Assembly (NCBI GenBank): GCA_964016885.1
Contig: CAXHJY010000096.1
Location: 2,728,001-2,792,000 of the forward strand
DNA length: 64,000 nt
DNA from: Eledone cirrhosa
Taxonomy: Eukaryota
Direction: 5' to 3'
The stretch's first letter is position 1; every line of letters begins with the position of its first letter. A model generated the notes under the pieces. That model was not told the DNA's origin, did no database searches, and saw only the letters and a list, made by a program, of their open reading frames with translations. Made by a program: the position numbers and the translations under genes. This document shows, piece by piece, positions 10,101 to 23,010 of the stretch.

Positions 10101-13100
10101 AATTTGTAAAAAGAATCAGGGGGAGATAATTTGTAAAAAAAAATCAGGGGTAGATAAATTGTAAAAAAAAATCAGGGGGAGATAATTTGTAAAAAAAATC
10201 AGGGGGAGATAATTTGTAAAAAAAATGAAAGGGGAGATAATATCCAGCCGTCCAAGGGGAGATAATTTCCAGCCGTCCAAGGGGAGATAATTTCCAGCCG
10301 TCCAAGGGGAGATAATTTCCATCCTTCCAAGGGGATATAATTTCCAGCCGTCCAAGGGGAGATAATTTCCCGCCAGCCAAGGGAAGATAATTTTTAAAAA
10401 AATCAGGCGGAGATTGTAAAAAAAATCAGGGGGGAGATAATTTGTAAAAAAATCAGGGGGAGATAATTTGTAAAAAAAAATCAGGGGGAGATAATTTGTA
10501 AAAAATAATCAGGGGGAGATAATTTGTAAAAAAAAATCAAGGGGAGATAATTTCCAGCCGTCCAAGGGGAGATAATTTCCCGCCAGCCAAGGGAAGATAA
10601 TATTTAAAAAAATTAGGCGGAGATAATTTGTAAAAAAAATCAGGGGGAGATAATTTGTAAAAAAATCAGGGGGAGATAATTTGTAAAAAAAATCAGGGGG
10701 AGATAATTTGTAAAAAAATTCATGGGGAGATAATTTGTAAAAAAAAATCAGGGGTAGATAATTTGTAAAAAAAAATCAGGGGGAGATAATTTGTAAAAAA
10801 AAATCAGGGGGAGATAATTTGTAAAAAAAATCAAGGGGAGATAATTTCCAGCCGTCCAAGGGGAGATAATTTTCAGCCGTCCAAGGAGAGGTAATTTCTA
10901 GCCGTCCAAGGGGAGATAATTTCCAGCCGTCCAAGGGGAGGTAATTTCCAGCCGTCCAAGGGGAGATAATTTAAAAAAAAAAATCAGGCGGAGATAATTT
11001 GTAAAAAAAATCAAGGGGAGATAATTTGCAGCCGTCCAAGGGGAGATAATTTTCAGTCGTCCAAGGAGAGGTAATTTCTAGCCGTCCAAGGGGAGATAAT
11101 TGCCAGCCGTCCAAGGGGAGATAATTTCCAGCCGTCCAAGGGGAGATAATTTTTTTTAAAAAATCAGGCGGAGATAATTTGTAAAAAAAATCAGGGGGAG
11201 ATAATTTGTAAACAAAATCAGGGGGAGATAATTTGTAAAAAAAAATCAGGGGGAGATAATTTGTAAAAAAAATCATGGAGAGATAATTTCCAGCCGTCCA
11301 AGGTGAGATAATTTCCAGCCGTCCAAGGAGACATATTTTCCAGCCGTCCAAGGCGAGGTAATTTCTAGCCGTCCAAGGGGAGATAAATTCCAGCCTCCAA
11401 GGGGAGATAATTTCCAGCTAGCCAAGTGGAGATAATTTGTAAAAAAATCAGGGGGAGATAATTTGTAAAAAATATCAGGGAGATAATTTGTAAAAAAAAA
11501 TCAGGGGGAGATAATTTGTAAAAAAAATCAGGGGGAGATAATTTGTAAAAAAAAATCAGGGGGAGATAATTTGTAAAAAAAATCAAGGGGAGATAATTTC
11601 CAGCCGTCCAAGGGGAGATAATTTTCAGCCGTCCAAGGGGAGATAATTTCCCGCCAGCCAAGGGAAGATAATATTTAAAAAAATCAGGCGGAGATAATTT
11701 GTAAAAAAAATCAGGGGGAGATAATTTGTAAAAAAATCAGGGGGAGATAATTTGTAAAAAAAAAATCAGGGGGAGATAATTTGTAAAAAAAATCAGGGGG
11801 AGATAATTTGTAAAAAAAAATCAGGGATAGATAATTTGTAAACAAAAATCAGGGGGAGATAATTTGTAAAAAAAAATCAGGGGGAGATAATTTGTAAAAA
11901 AAATGAAAGGGGAGATAATATCCAGCCGTCCAAGGGGAGATAATTTCCAGCCGTCCAAGGGGATATAATTTCCAGCCGTCCAAGGGGAGATAATTTCCAT
12001 CCTTCCAAGGGGATATAATTTCCAGCCGTCCAAGGGGAGATAATTTCCCGCCAGCCAAGGGAAGATAATTTTTAAAAAAATCAGGCGGAGATTGTAAAAA
12101 AAATCAGGGGGGAGATAATTTGTAAAAAAATCAGGGGGAGATAATTTGTAAAAAATAATCAGGGGGAGATAATTTGTAAAAAAATTCAAGGGGAGATAAT
12201 TTCCAGCCGTCCAAGGGGAGATAATTTCCCGCCAGCCAAGGGAAGATAATATTTAAAAAAATTAGGCGGAGATAATTTGTAAAAAAATCAGGGGGAGATA
12301 ATTTGTAAAAAAATCAGGGGGAGATAATTTGTAAAAAAAATCAGAGGGAGATAATTTGTAAAAAAAATCATGGGGAGATAATTTGTAAAAAAAAATCAGG
12401 AGTAGATAATTTGTAAAAAAAAATCAGGGGGAGATAATTTGTAAAAAAAAATCAGGGGGAGATAATTTGTAAAAAAAATCATGGAGAGATAATTTCCAGC
12501 CGTCCAAGGGGAGATAATTTCCAGCCTTCCAAGGAGACATATTTTCCAGCCGTCCAAGGCGAGGTAATTTCTAGCCGTCCAAGGGGAGATAAATTCCAGC
12601 CTCCAAGGGGAGATAATTTCCAGCCAGCCAAGTGGAGATAATTTGTAAAAAAATCAGGGGGAGATAATTTGTAAAAAATATCAGGGAGATAATTTGTAAA
12701 AAAAAATCAGGGGGAGATAATTTGTAAAAAAAATCAGGGGGAGATAATTTGTAAAAAAAAATCAGGGGGAGATAATTTGTAAAAAAAATCAAGGGGAGAT
12801 AATTTCCAGCCGTCCAAGGGGAGATAATTTTCAGCCGTCCAAGGGGAGATAATTTCCCGCCAGCCAAGGGAAGATAATATTTAAAAAAATCAGGCGGAGA
12901 TAATTTGTAAAAAAAATCAGGGGGAGATAATTTGTAAAAAAATCAGGGGGAGATAATTTGTAAAAAAAAAATCAGGGGGAGATAATTTGTAAAAAAAATC
13001 AGGGGGAGATAATTTGTAAAAAAAAATCAGGGGTAGATAATTTGTAAACAAATATCAGGGGGAGATAATTTGTAAAAAAAAATCAGGTGGAGATAATTTG

Positions 13101-16100
13101 TAAAAAAAATGAAAGGGGAGATAATATCCAGCCGTCCAAGGGGAGATAATTTCCAGCCGTCCAAGGGGATATAATTTCCAGCCGTCCAAGGGGAGATAAT
13201 TTCCATCCTTCCAAGGGGATATAATTTCCAGCCGTCCAAGGGGAGATAATTTCCCGCCAGCCAAGGGAAGATAATTTTTAAAAAAATCAGGCGGAGATTG
13301 TAAAAAAAATCAGGGGGGAGATAATTTGTAAAAAAATCAGGGGGAGATAATTTGTAAAAAATAATCAGGGGGAGATAATTTGTAAAAAAATTCAAGGGGA
13401 GATAATTTCCAGCCGTCCAAGGGGAGATAATTTCCCGCCAGCCAAGGGAAGATAATATTTAAAAAAATCAGGCGGAGATTGTAAAAAAAATCAGGGGGGA
13501 GATAATTTGTAAAAAAATCAGGGGGAGATAATTTGTAAAAAAAATCAGGGGGAGATAATTTGTAAAAAAATCAGGGGGAGATAATTTGTAAAAAAAATCA
13601 GGGGGAGATAATTTGTAAAAAAAATCATGGGGAGATAATTTGTAAAAAGAAATCAGGGGTAGATAATTTGTAAAAAAAAATCAGGGGGAGATAATTTGTA
13701 AAAAAAAATCAGGGGGAGATAATTTGTAAAAAAAATCAAGGGGAGATAATATCCAGCCGTCCAAGGAGAGATAATTTTAAAAAAAAATGAGGCGGAGATA
13801 ATTTGTTAAAAAAAAATCAGGGGTAGTTAATTTGTAAAAAAAAATGAGGGGGAGATAATTTGTAAAAAAAATCAAGGGGAGATAATTTCCAGCCGTCCAA
13901 GGGGAGATAATTTTCAGCCGTCCAAGGAGAGGTAATTTCTAGCCGTCCAAGGGGAGATAATTTCCAGCCGTCCAAGGGGAGGTAATTTCCAGCCGTCCAA
14001 GGGGAGATAATTTAAAAAAAAAATCAGGCGGAGATAATTTGTAAAAAAAATCAAGGGGAGATAATTTGCAGCCGTCCAAGGGGAGATAATTTTCAGTCGT
14101 CCAAGGAGAGGTAATTTCTAGCCGTCCAAGGGGAGATAATTTCCAGCCGTCCAAGGGGAGATAATTTCCAGCCGTCCAAGGGGAGATAATTTTTTTAAAA
14201 AATCAGGCGGAGATGATTTGTAAAAAAAATCAGGGGGAGATAATTTGTAAACAAAATCAGGGGGAGATAATTTGTAAAAAAAAATCAGGGGGAGATAATT
14301 TGTAAAAAAAATTAGGCGTAGATAATTTGTAAAAAAAAATCAGGGGGAGATAATTTGTAAAAAAAAATCAGGCGGAGATAATTTGTTTAAAAAATCAAGG
14401 GGAGATAATTTGCAGCCGTCCAAGGGGAGATAATTTTCAGCCGTCCAAGGAGAGGTAATTTCTAGCCGTTCAAGGGGAGATAATTTCCAGCCGTCCAAGG
14501 GGAGATAATTTCCAGCCGTCCAAGGGGAGATAATTTTTTTTTAAAAATCAGGCGGAGATAATTTGTAAAAAAAAATCAGGGGGAGATAATTCGTAAAAAA
14601 AAATCAGGGGGAGATAATTTGTAAAAAAAAATCAGGGGGAGATAATTTGTAAAAAAAATCAAGGGGAGATAATTTCCAGCCGTCCAAGGGGAGGTAATAT
14701 CTAGCCGTCCAAGGGGAGATAATTTCCAGCCGTCCAAGGGGAGATAATTTCCAGCCGTCCAAGGGGAGATAATTTCCAGCCGTCCAAGGAGACATATTTT
14801 CCAGCCGTCCAAGGCGAGGTAATTTCTAGCCGTCCAAGGGGAGATAAATTCCAGCCTCCAAGGGGAGATAATTTCCAGCCAGCCAAGGGGAGATAATTTG
14901 TAAAAAAATCAGGGGGAGATAATTTGTAAAAAATATCAGGGAGATAATTTGTAAAAAAAAATCAGGGGGAGATAATTTGTAAAAAAAATCAGGGGGAGAT
15001 AATTTGTAAAAAAAAATCAGGGGGAGATAATTTGTAAAAAAAATCAAGGGGAGATAATTTCCAGCCGTCCAAGGGGAGATAATTTTCAGCCGTCCAAAGA
15101 GAGGTAATTTCTAACCGTCCGAGGAGAGATAATTTCCAGCCGTCCAAGGGGAGATAATTTCCAGCCGTCCAAGGGGAGATAATTTCCAGCCGTCCAAGGA
15201 GACATATTTTCCAGCCGTCCAAGGAGAGGTAATTTCTAGCCGTCCAAGGGGAGATAAATTCCAGCCTCCAAGGGGAGATAATTTCCAGCCAGCCAAATGG
15301 AGATAATTTGTAAAAAAATCAGGGGGAGATAATTTGCAAAAAAAATCAGGGGGAGATAATTTGTAAAAAATAATCAGGGGGAGATAATTTCCAGCCGTCC
15401 AAGGGGAGATAATTTAAAAAAAAATCAGGCGGAGATAATTTGTAAAAAAAAATCAGGGGGAGATAATTTGTAAAAAAAAATCAGGGGGAGATAATTTGTA
15501 AAAAAAATCAAGGGGAGATAATTTCCAGCCGTCCAAGGGAAGATAATTTCCAGCCCTCCAAGGGGCTATAATTTCCAGTGTCCAAGGGGAGATAATTTCC
15601 AGCCAGCGAAGGGGAGATAATTTTTTTTAAAAAATCATTGGGAGATTTGTAAAAAAAATCAGGGGGAGATAATTTGTAAAAAAAATCAAGGGGAGATAAT
15701 TTCCAGCCGTCCAAGGGGAGGTAATATCTAGCCGTCCAAGGGGAGATAATTTCCAGCCGTCCAAGGGGAGATAATTTCCAGCCGTCCCAGGGTAGATAAT
15801 ATCCAGCCGCCCAAGGACATATTTTCCAGCCGTCCAAGGAGAGGTAATTTCTAGCCGTCCAAGGGGAGATAAATTCCAGCCTCCAAGGGGAGATAATTTC
15901 CAGCCAGCCAAGGGGAGATAATTTGTAAAAAAATCAGGGGGAGATAATTTGTAAAAAAAATCAGGGGGAGATAATTTGTAAAAAAAAATCAGGGGGAGAT
16001 AATTTGTAAAAAAAAATCAGGGGGAGATAATTTGCAAAAAAAATCAGGGGGAGATAATTTGTAAAAAAAAATCAGGGGTAGATAATTTGTAAAAAAAAAT

Positions 16101-19100
16101 CAGGGGGAGATAATTTGTAAAAAAAAATCAGGGGGAGATAATTTGTAAAAAAAATCAAGGGGAGATAATTTCCAGCCGTCCAAGGAGAGATAATTTTAAA
16201 AAAAATCAGGCGGAGATAATTTGTAAAAAAAAATCAGGGGGAGATAATTTGTAAAAAAAATCAGGGGGAGATAATTTGTAAAAAAAAATCAGGGGTAGAT
16301 AATTTGTAAAAAAAATCAGGGGGAGATAATTTGTAAAAAAAAATCAGGGGGAGATAATTTGTAAAAAAAATCAAGGGGAGATAATTTCCAGCCGTCCAAG
16401 GAGAGATAATTTTAAAAAAAATCAGGCGGAGATAATTTGTAAAAAAAAATTAGGGGGAGATAATTTGTAAAAAAAAATCAGGGGGAGATAATTTGTAAAA
16501 AAAATCAAGGGGAGATAATTTCCAGCCGTCCAAGGGGAGATAATTTTCAGCCGTCCAAGGGGAGGTAATTTCCCGCCAGCCAAGGGAAGATAATATTCAA
16601 AAAAATCAGGCGGAGATAATTTGTAAAAAAAATCAGGGGGAGATAATTTGTAAAAAAATCAGGGGGAGATAATTTGTAAAAAAAAAAATCAGGGGGAGAT
16701 AATTTGTAAAAAAAATCAGGGGGAGATAATTTGTAAAAAAAAATCAGGGGTAGATAATTTGTAAAAAAAAATCAGGGGGAGATAATTTGTAAAAAAAAAT
16801 CAGGGGGAGATAATTTGTAAAAAAAATGAAAGGGGAGATAATATCCAGCCGTCCAAGGGGAGATAATTTCCAGCCGTCCAAGGGGAGATAATTTCCAGCC
16901 GTCCAAGGGGAGATAATTTCCATCCTTCCAAGGGGATATAATTTCCAGCCGTCCAAGGGGAGATAATTTCCATCCTTCCACGGGGATATAATTTCCAGCC
17001 GTCCAAGGGGAGATAATTTTCAGCCGTCCAAGGAGAGGTAATTTCTAGCCGTCCAAGGAGAGATAATTTCCAGCCGTCCAAGGGGAGATAATTTCCAGCC
17101 GTCCAAGGGGAGATAATTTCCAGCCGTCCAAGGAGACATATTTTCCAGCCGTCCAAGGAGAGGTAATTCCTAGCCGTCCAAGGGGAGATAAATTCCAGCC
17201 TCCAAGGGGAGATAATTTCCAGCCAGCCAAGGGGAGATAATTTGTAAAAAAAATCAGGGGGAGATAATTTGTAAAAAAAATCAGGGGGAGATAATTTGTA
17301 AAAAAAAATCAGGGGGAGATAATTTGTAAAAAATAATCAGGGGGAGATAATTTGTAAAAAAAATCAAGGGGAGATAATTTCCAGCCGTCCAAGGGGAGAT
17401 AATTTTCAGCCGTCCAAGAGGAGATAATTTCCCGCCAGCCAAGGGAAGATAATATTTAAAAAAATTAGGCGGAGATAATTTGTAAAAAAAATCAGGGGGA
17501 GATAATTTGTAAAAAAATCAGGGGGAGATAATTTGTAAAAAAAATCAGGGGGAGATAATTTGTAAAAAAAATCAGGGGGAGATAATTTGTAAAAAAAAAT
17601 CAGGGGGAGATAATTTGTAAAAAAAATCAAGGGGAGATAATTTCCAGCCGTCCAAGGGAAGATAATTTCCAGCCCTCCAAGGGGCTATAATTTCCAGCGT
17701 CCAAGGGGAGATAATTTCCAGCCAGCGAAGGGGAGATAATTTTTTTTAAAAAATCATTGGGAGATTTGTAAAAAAAATCAGGGGGAGATAATTTGTAAAA
17801 AAAATCAAGGGGAGATAATTTCCAGCCGTCCAAGGGGAGGTAATATCTAGCCGTCCAAGGGGAGATAATTTCCAGCCGTCCAAGGGGAGATAATTTCCAG
17901 CCGTCCAAGGGTAGATAATATCCAGCCGTCCAAGGACATATTTTCCAGCCGTCCAAGGAGAGGTAATTTCTAGCCGTCCAAGGGGAGATAAATTCCAGCC
18001 TCCAAGGTGAGATAATTTCCAGCCAGCCAAGGGGAGATAATTTGTAAAAAAATCAGGGGGAGATAATTTGTAAAAAAAATCAGGGGGAGATAATTTGTAA
18101 AAAAAAATCAGGGGGAGATAATTTGTAAAAAAAAATCAGGGGGAGATAATTTGTAAAAAAAAATCAGGGGGAGATAATTTGTAAAAAAATCAAGGGGAGA
18201 TAATTTCCAGCCGTCCAAGGGGAGATAATTTTCAGCCGTCCAAGGGGAGATAATTTCCCGCCAGCCAAGGGAAGATAATATTTGAAAAAATCAGGCGGAG
18301 ATAATTTGTAAAAAAAATCAGGGGGAGATAATTTGTAAAAAAAAAATCAGGGGGAGATAATTTGTAAAAAGAATCAGGGGGAGATAATTTGTAAAAAAAA
18401 ATCAGGGGTAGATAAATTGTAAAAAAAAATCAGGGGGAGATAATTTGTAAAAAAAATCAGGGGGAGATAATTTGTAAAAAAAATGAAAGGGGAGATAATA
18501 TCCAGCCGTCCAAGGGGAGATAATTTCCAGCCGTCCAAGGGGAGATAATTTCCAGCCGTCCAAGGGGAGATAATTTCCATCCTTCCAAGGGGATATAATT
18601 TCCAGCCGTCCAAGGGGAGATAATTTCCCGCCAGCCAAGGGAAGATAATTTTTAAAAAAATCAGGCGGAGATTGTAAAAAAAATCAGGGGGGAGATAATT
18701 TGTAAAAAAATCAGGGGGAGATAATTTGTAAAAAAAAATCAGGGGGAGATAATTTGTAAAAAATAATCAGGGGGAGATAATTTGTAAAAAAAAATCAAGG
18801 GGAGATAATTTCCAGCCGTCCAAGGGGAGATAATTTCCCGCCAGCCAAGGGAAGATAATATTTAAAAAAATTAGGCGGAGATAATTTGTAAAAAAAATCA
18901 GGGGGAGATAATTTGTAAAAAAATCAGGGGGAGATAATTTGTAAAAAAAATCAGGGGGAGATAATTTGTAAAAAAATTCATGGGGAGATAATTTGTAAAA
19001 AAAAATCAGGGGTAGATAATTTGTAAAAAAAAATCAGGGGGAGATAATTTGTAAAAAAAAATCAGGGGGAGATAATTTGTAAAAAAAATCAAGGGGAGAT

Positions 19101-19390
19101 AATTTCCAGCCGTCCAAGGGGAGATAATTTTCAGCCGTCCAAGGAGAGGTAATTTCTAGCCGTCCAAGGGGAGATAATTTCCAGCCGTCCAAGGGGAGGT
19201 AATTTCCAGCCGTCCAAGGGGAGATAATTTAAAAAAAAAAATCAGGCGGAGATAATTTGTAAAAAAAATCAAGGGGAGATAATTTGCAGCCGTCCAAGGG
19301 GAGATAATTTTCAGTCGTCCAAGGAGAGGTAATTTCTAGCCGTCCAAGGGGAGATAATTGCCAGCCGTCCAAGGGGAGATAATTTCCAGC
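4195..19390 (+). repeat. Tandem higher-order duplication, unit ~8,285 bp (4195-12480 repeated from 12481; second copy interrupted at ~19390)
   Basis: Matching pseudo-ORF offsets: 4285->12571 (8286), 6292->14576, 7224->15508 and 8460->16744 (8284). Shared private variants include CCTTCCAAGGAGAC, AACAAATATC, CCAAAGAGAGG and CCAAATGGAG. Confidence 0.88.
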
Positions 19391-22300
19391 CGTCCCAGGG
19401 TAGATAATATCCAGCCGCCCAAGGACATATTTTCCAGCCGTCCAAGGAGAGGTAATTTCTAGCCGTCCAAGGGGAGATAAATTCCAGCCTCCAAGGGGAG
19501 ATAATTTCCAGCCAGCCAAGGGGAGATAATTTGTAAAAAAATCAGGGGGAGATAATTTGTAAAAAAAATCAGGGGGAGATAATTTGTAAAAAAAAATCAG
19601 GGGGAGATAATTTGTAAAAAAAAATCAGGGGGAGATAATTTGCAAAAAAAATCAGGGGGAGATAATTTGTAAAAAAAAATCAGGGGTAGATAATTTGTAA
19701 AAAAAAATCAGGGGGAGATAATTTGTAAAAAAAAATCAGGGGGAGATAATTTGTAAAAAAAATCAAGGGGAGATAATTTCCAGCCGTCCAAGGAGAGATA
19801 ATTTTAAAAAAAATCAGGCGGAGATAATTTGTAAAAAAAAATCAGGGGGAGATAATTTGTAAAAAAAATCAGGGGGAGATAATTTGTAAAAAAAAATCAG
19901 GGGTAGATAATTTGTAAAAAAAATCAGGGGGAGATAATTTGTAAAAAAAAATCAGGGGGAGATAATTTGTAAAAAAAATCAAGGGGAGATAATTTCCAGC
20001 CGTCCAAGGAGAGATAATTTTAAAAAAAATCAGGCGGAGATAATTTGTAAAAAAAAATTAGGGGGAGATAATTTGTAAAAAAAAATCAGGGGGAGATAAT
20101 TTGTAAAAAAAATCAAGGGGAGATAATTTCCAGCCGTCCAAGGGGAGATAATTTTCAGCCGTCCAAGGGGAGGTAATTTCCCGCCAGCCAAGGGAAGATA
20201 ATATTCAAAAAAATCAGGCGGAGATAATTTGTAAAAAAAATCAGGGGGAGATAATTTGTAAAAAAATCAGGGGGAGATAATTTGTAAAAAAAAAATCAGG
20301 GGGAGATAATTTGTAAAAAAAATCAGGGGGAGATAATTTGTAAAAAAAAATCAGGGGTAGATAATTTGTAAAAAAAAATCAGGGGGAGATAATTTGTAAA
20401 AAAAAATCAGGGGGAGATAATTTGTAAAAAAAATGAAAGGGGAGATAATATCCAGCCGTCCAAGGGGAGATAATTTCCAGCCGTCCAAGGGGAGATAATT
20501 TCCAGCCGTCCAAGGGGAGATAATTTCCATCCTTCCAAGGGGATATAATTTCCAGCCGTCCAAGGGGAGATAATTTCCATCCTTCCACGGGGATATAATT
20601 TCCAGCCGTCCAAGGGGAGATAATTTTCAGCCGTCCAAGGAGAGGTAATTTCTAGCCGTCCAAGGAGAGATAATTTCCAGCCGTCCAAGGGGAGATAATT
20701 TCCAGCCGTCCAAGGGGAGATAATTTCCAGCCGTCCAAGGAGACATATTTTCCAGCCGTCCAAGGAGAGGTAATTCCTAGCCGTCCAAGGGGAGATAAAT
20801 TCCAGCCTCCAAGGGGAGATAATTTCCAGCCAGCCAAGGGGAGATAATTTGTAAAAAAAATCAGGGGGAGATAATTTGTAAAAAAAATCAGGGGGAGATA
20901 ATTTGTAAAAAAAAATCAGGGGGAGATAATTTGTAAAAAATAATCAGGGGGAGATAATTTGTAAAAAAAATCAAGGGGAGATAATTTCCAGCCGTCCAAG
21001 GGGAGATAATTTTCAGCCGTCCAAGAGGAGATAATTTCCCGCCAGCCAAGGGAAGATAATATTTAAAAAAATTAGGCGGAGATAATTTGTAAAAAAAATC
21101 AGGGGGAGATAATTTGTAAAAAAATCAGGGGGAGATAATTTGTAAAAAAAATCAGGGGGAGATAATTTGTAAAAAAAATCAGGGGGAGATAATTTGTAAA
21201 AAAAAATCAGGGGGAGATAATTTGTAAAAAAAATCAAGGGGAGATAATTTCCAGCCGTCCAAGGGAAGATAATTTCCAGCCCTCCAAGGGGCTATAATTT
21301 CCAGCGTCCAAGGGGAGATAATTTCCAGCCAGCGAAGGGGAGATAATTTTTTTTAAAAAATCATTGGGAGATTTGTAAAAAAAATCAGGGGGAGATAATT
21401 TGTAAAAAAAATCAAGGGGAGATAATTTCCAGCCGTCCAAGGGGAGGTAATATCTAGCCGTCCAAGGGGAGATAATTTCCAGCCGTCCAAGGGGAGATAA
21501 TTTCCAGCCGTCCAAGGGTAGATAATATCCAGCCGTCCAAGGACATATTTTCCAGCCGTCCAAGGAGAGGTAATTTCTAGCCGTCCAAGGGGAGATAAAT
21601 TCCAGCCTCCAAGGTGAGATAATTTCCAGCCAGCCAAGGGGAGATAATTTGTAAAAAAATCAGGGGGAGATAATTTGTAAAAAAAATCAGGGGGAGATAA
21701 TTTGTAAAAAAAAATCAGGGGGAGATAATTTGTAAAAAAAAATCAGGGGGAGATAATTTGTAAAAAAAAATCAGGGGGAGATAATTTGTAAAAAAATCAA
21801 GGGGAGATAATTTCCAGCCGTCCAAGGGGAGATAATTTTCAGCCGTCCAAGGGGAGATAATTTCCCGCCAGCCAAGGGAAGATAATATTTGAAAAAATCA
21901 GGCGGAGATAATTTGTAAAAAAAATCAGGGGGAGATAATTTGTAAAAAAATCAGGGGGAGATAATTTGTAAAAAAAAAATCAGGGGGAGATAATTTGTAA
22001 AAAGAATCAGGGGGAGATAATTTGTAAAAAAAAATCAGGGGTAGATAAATTGTAAAAAAAAATCAGGGGGAGATAATTTGTAAAAAAAATCAGGGGGAGA
22101 TAATTTGTAAAAAAAATGAAAGGGGAGATAATATCCAGCCGTCCAAGGGGAGATAATTTCCAGCCGTCCAAGGGGAGATAATTTCCAGCCGTCCAAGGGG
22201 AGATAATTTCCATCCTTCCAAGGGGATATAATTTCCAGCCGTCCAAGGGGAGATAATTTCCCGCCAGCCAAGGGAAGATAATTTTTAAAAAAATCAGGCG

Positions 22301-23010
22301 GAGATTGTAAAAAAAATCAGGGGGGAGATAATTTGTAAAAAAATCAGGGGGAGATAATTTGTAAAAAAAAATCAGGGGGAGATAATTTGTAAAAAATAAT
22401 CAGGGGGAGATAATTTGTAAAAAAAAATCAAGGGGAGATAATTTCCAGCCGTCCAAGGGGAGATAATTTCCCGCCAGCCAAGGGAAGATAATATTTAAAA
22501 AAATTAGGCGGAGATAATTTGTAAAAAAAATCAGGGGGAGATAATTTGTAAAAAAATCAGGGGGAGATAATTTGTAAAAAAAATCAGGGGGAGATAATTT
22601 GTAAAAAAATTCATGGGGAGATAATTTGTAAAAAAAAATCAGGGGTAGATAATTTGTAAAAAAAAATCAGGGGGAGATAATTTGTAAAAAAAAATCAGGG
22701 GGAGATAATTTGTAAAAAAAATCAAGGGGAGATAATTTCCAGCCGTCCAAGGGGAGATAATTTTCAGCCGTCCAAGGAGAGGTAATTTCTAGCCGTCCAA
22801 GGGGAGATAATTTCCAGCCGTCCAAGGGGAGGTAATTTCCAGCCGTCCAAGGGGAGATAATTTAAAAAAAAAATCAGGCGGAGATAATTTGTAAAAAAAA
22901 TCAAGGGGAGATAATTTGCAGCCGTCCAAGGGGAGATAATTTTCAGTCGTCCAAGGAGAGGTAATTTCTAGCCGTCCAAGGGGAGATAATTGCCAGCCGT
23001 CCAAGGGGAG
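15780..23010 (+). repeat. Nested tandem duplication, unit ~3,607 bp, junction at ~19390
   Basis: Offsets 16744->20351, 17406->21013 and 17627->21234 are all 3607. Variant CCAAGAGGAGATAATTTCCC is seen at ~17414 and ~21021. A chimeric B run at 19360-19400 joins ATTGCCAGCC to GTCCCAGGGTA. Confidence 0.88.
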
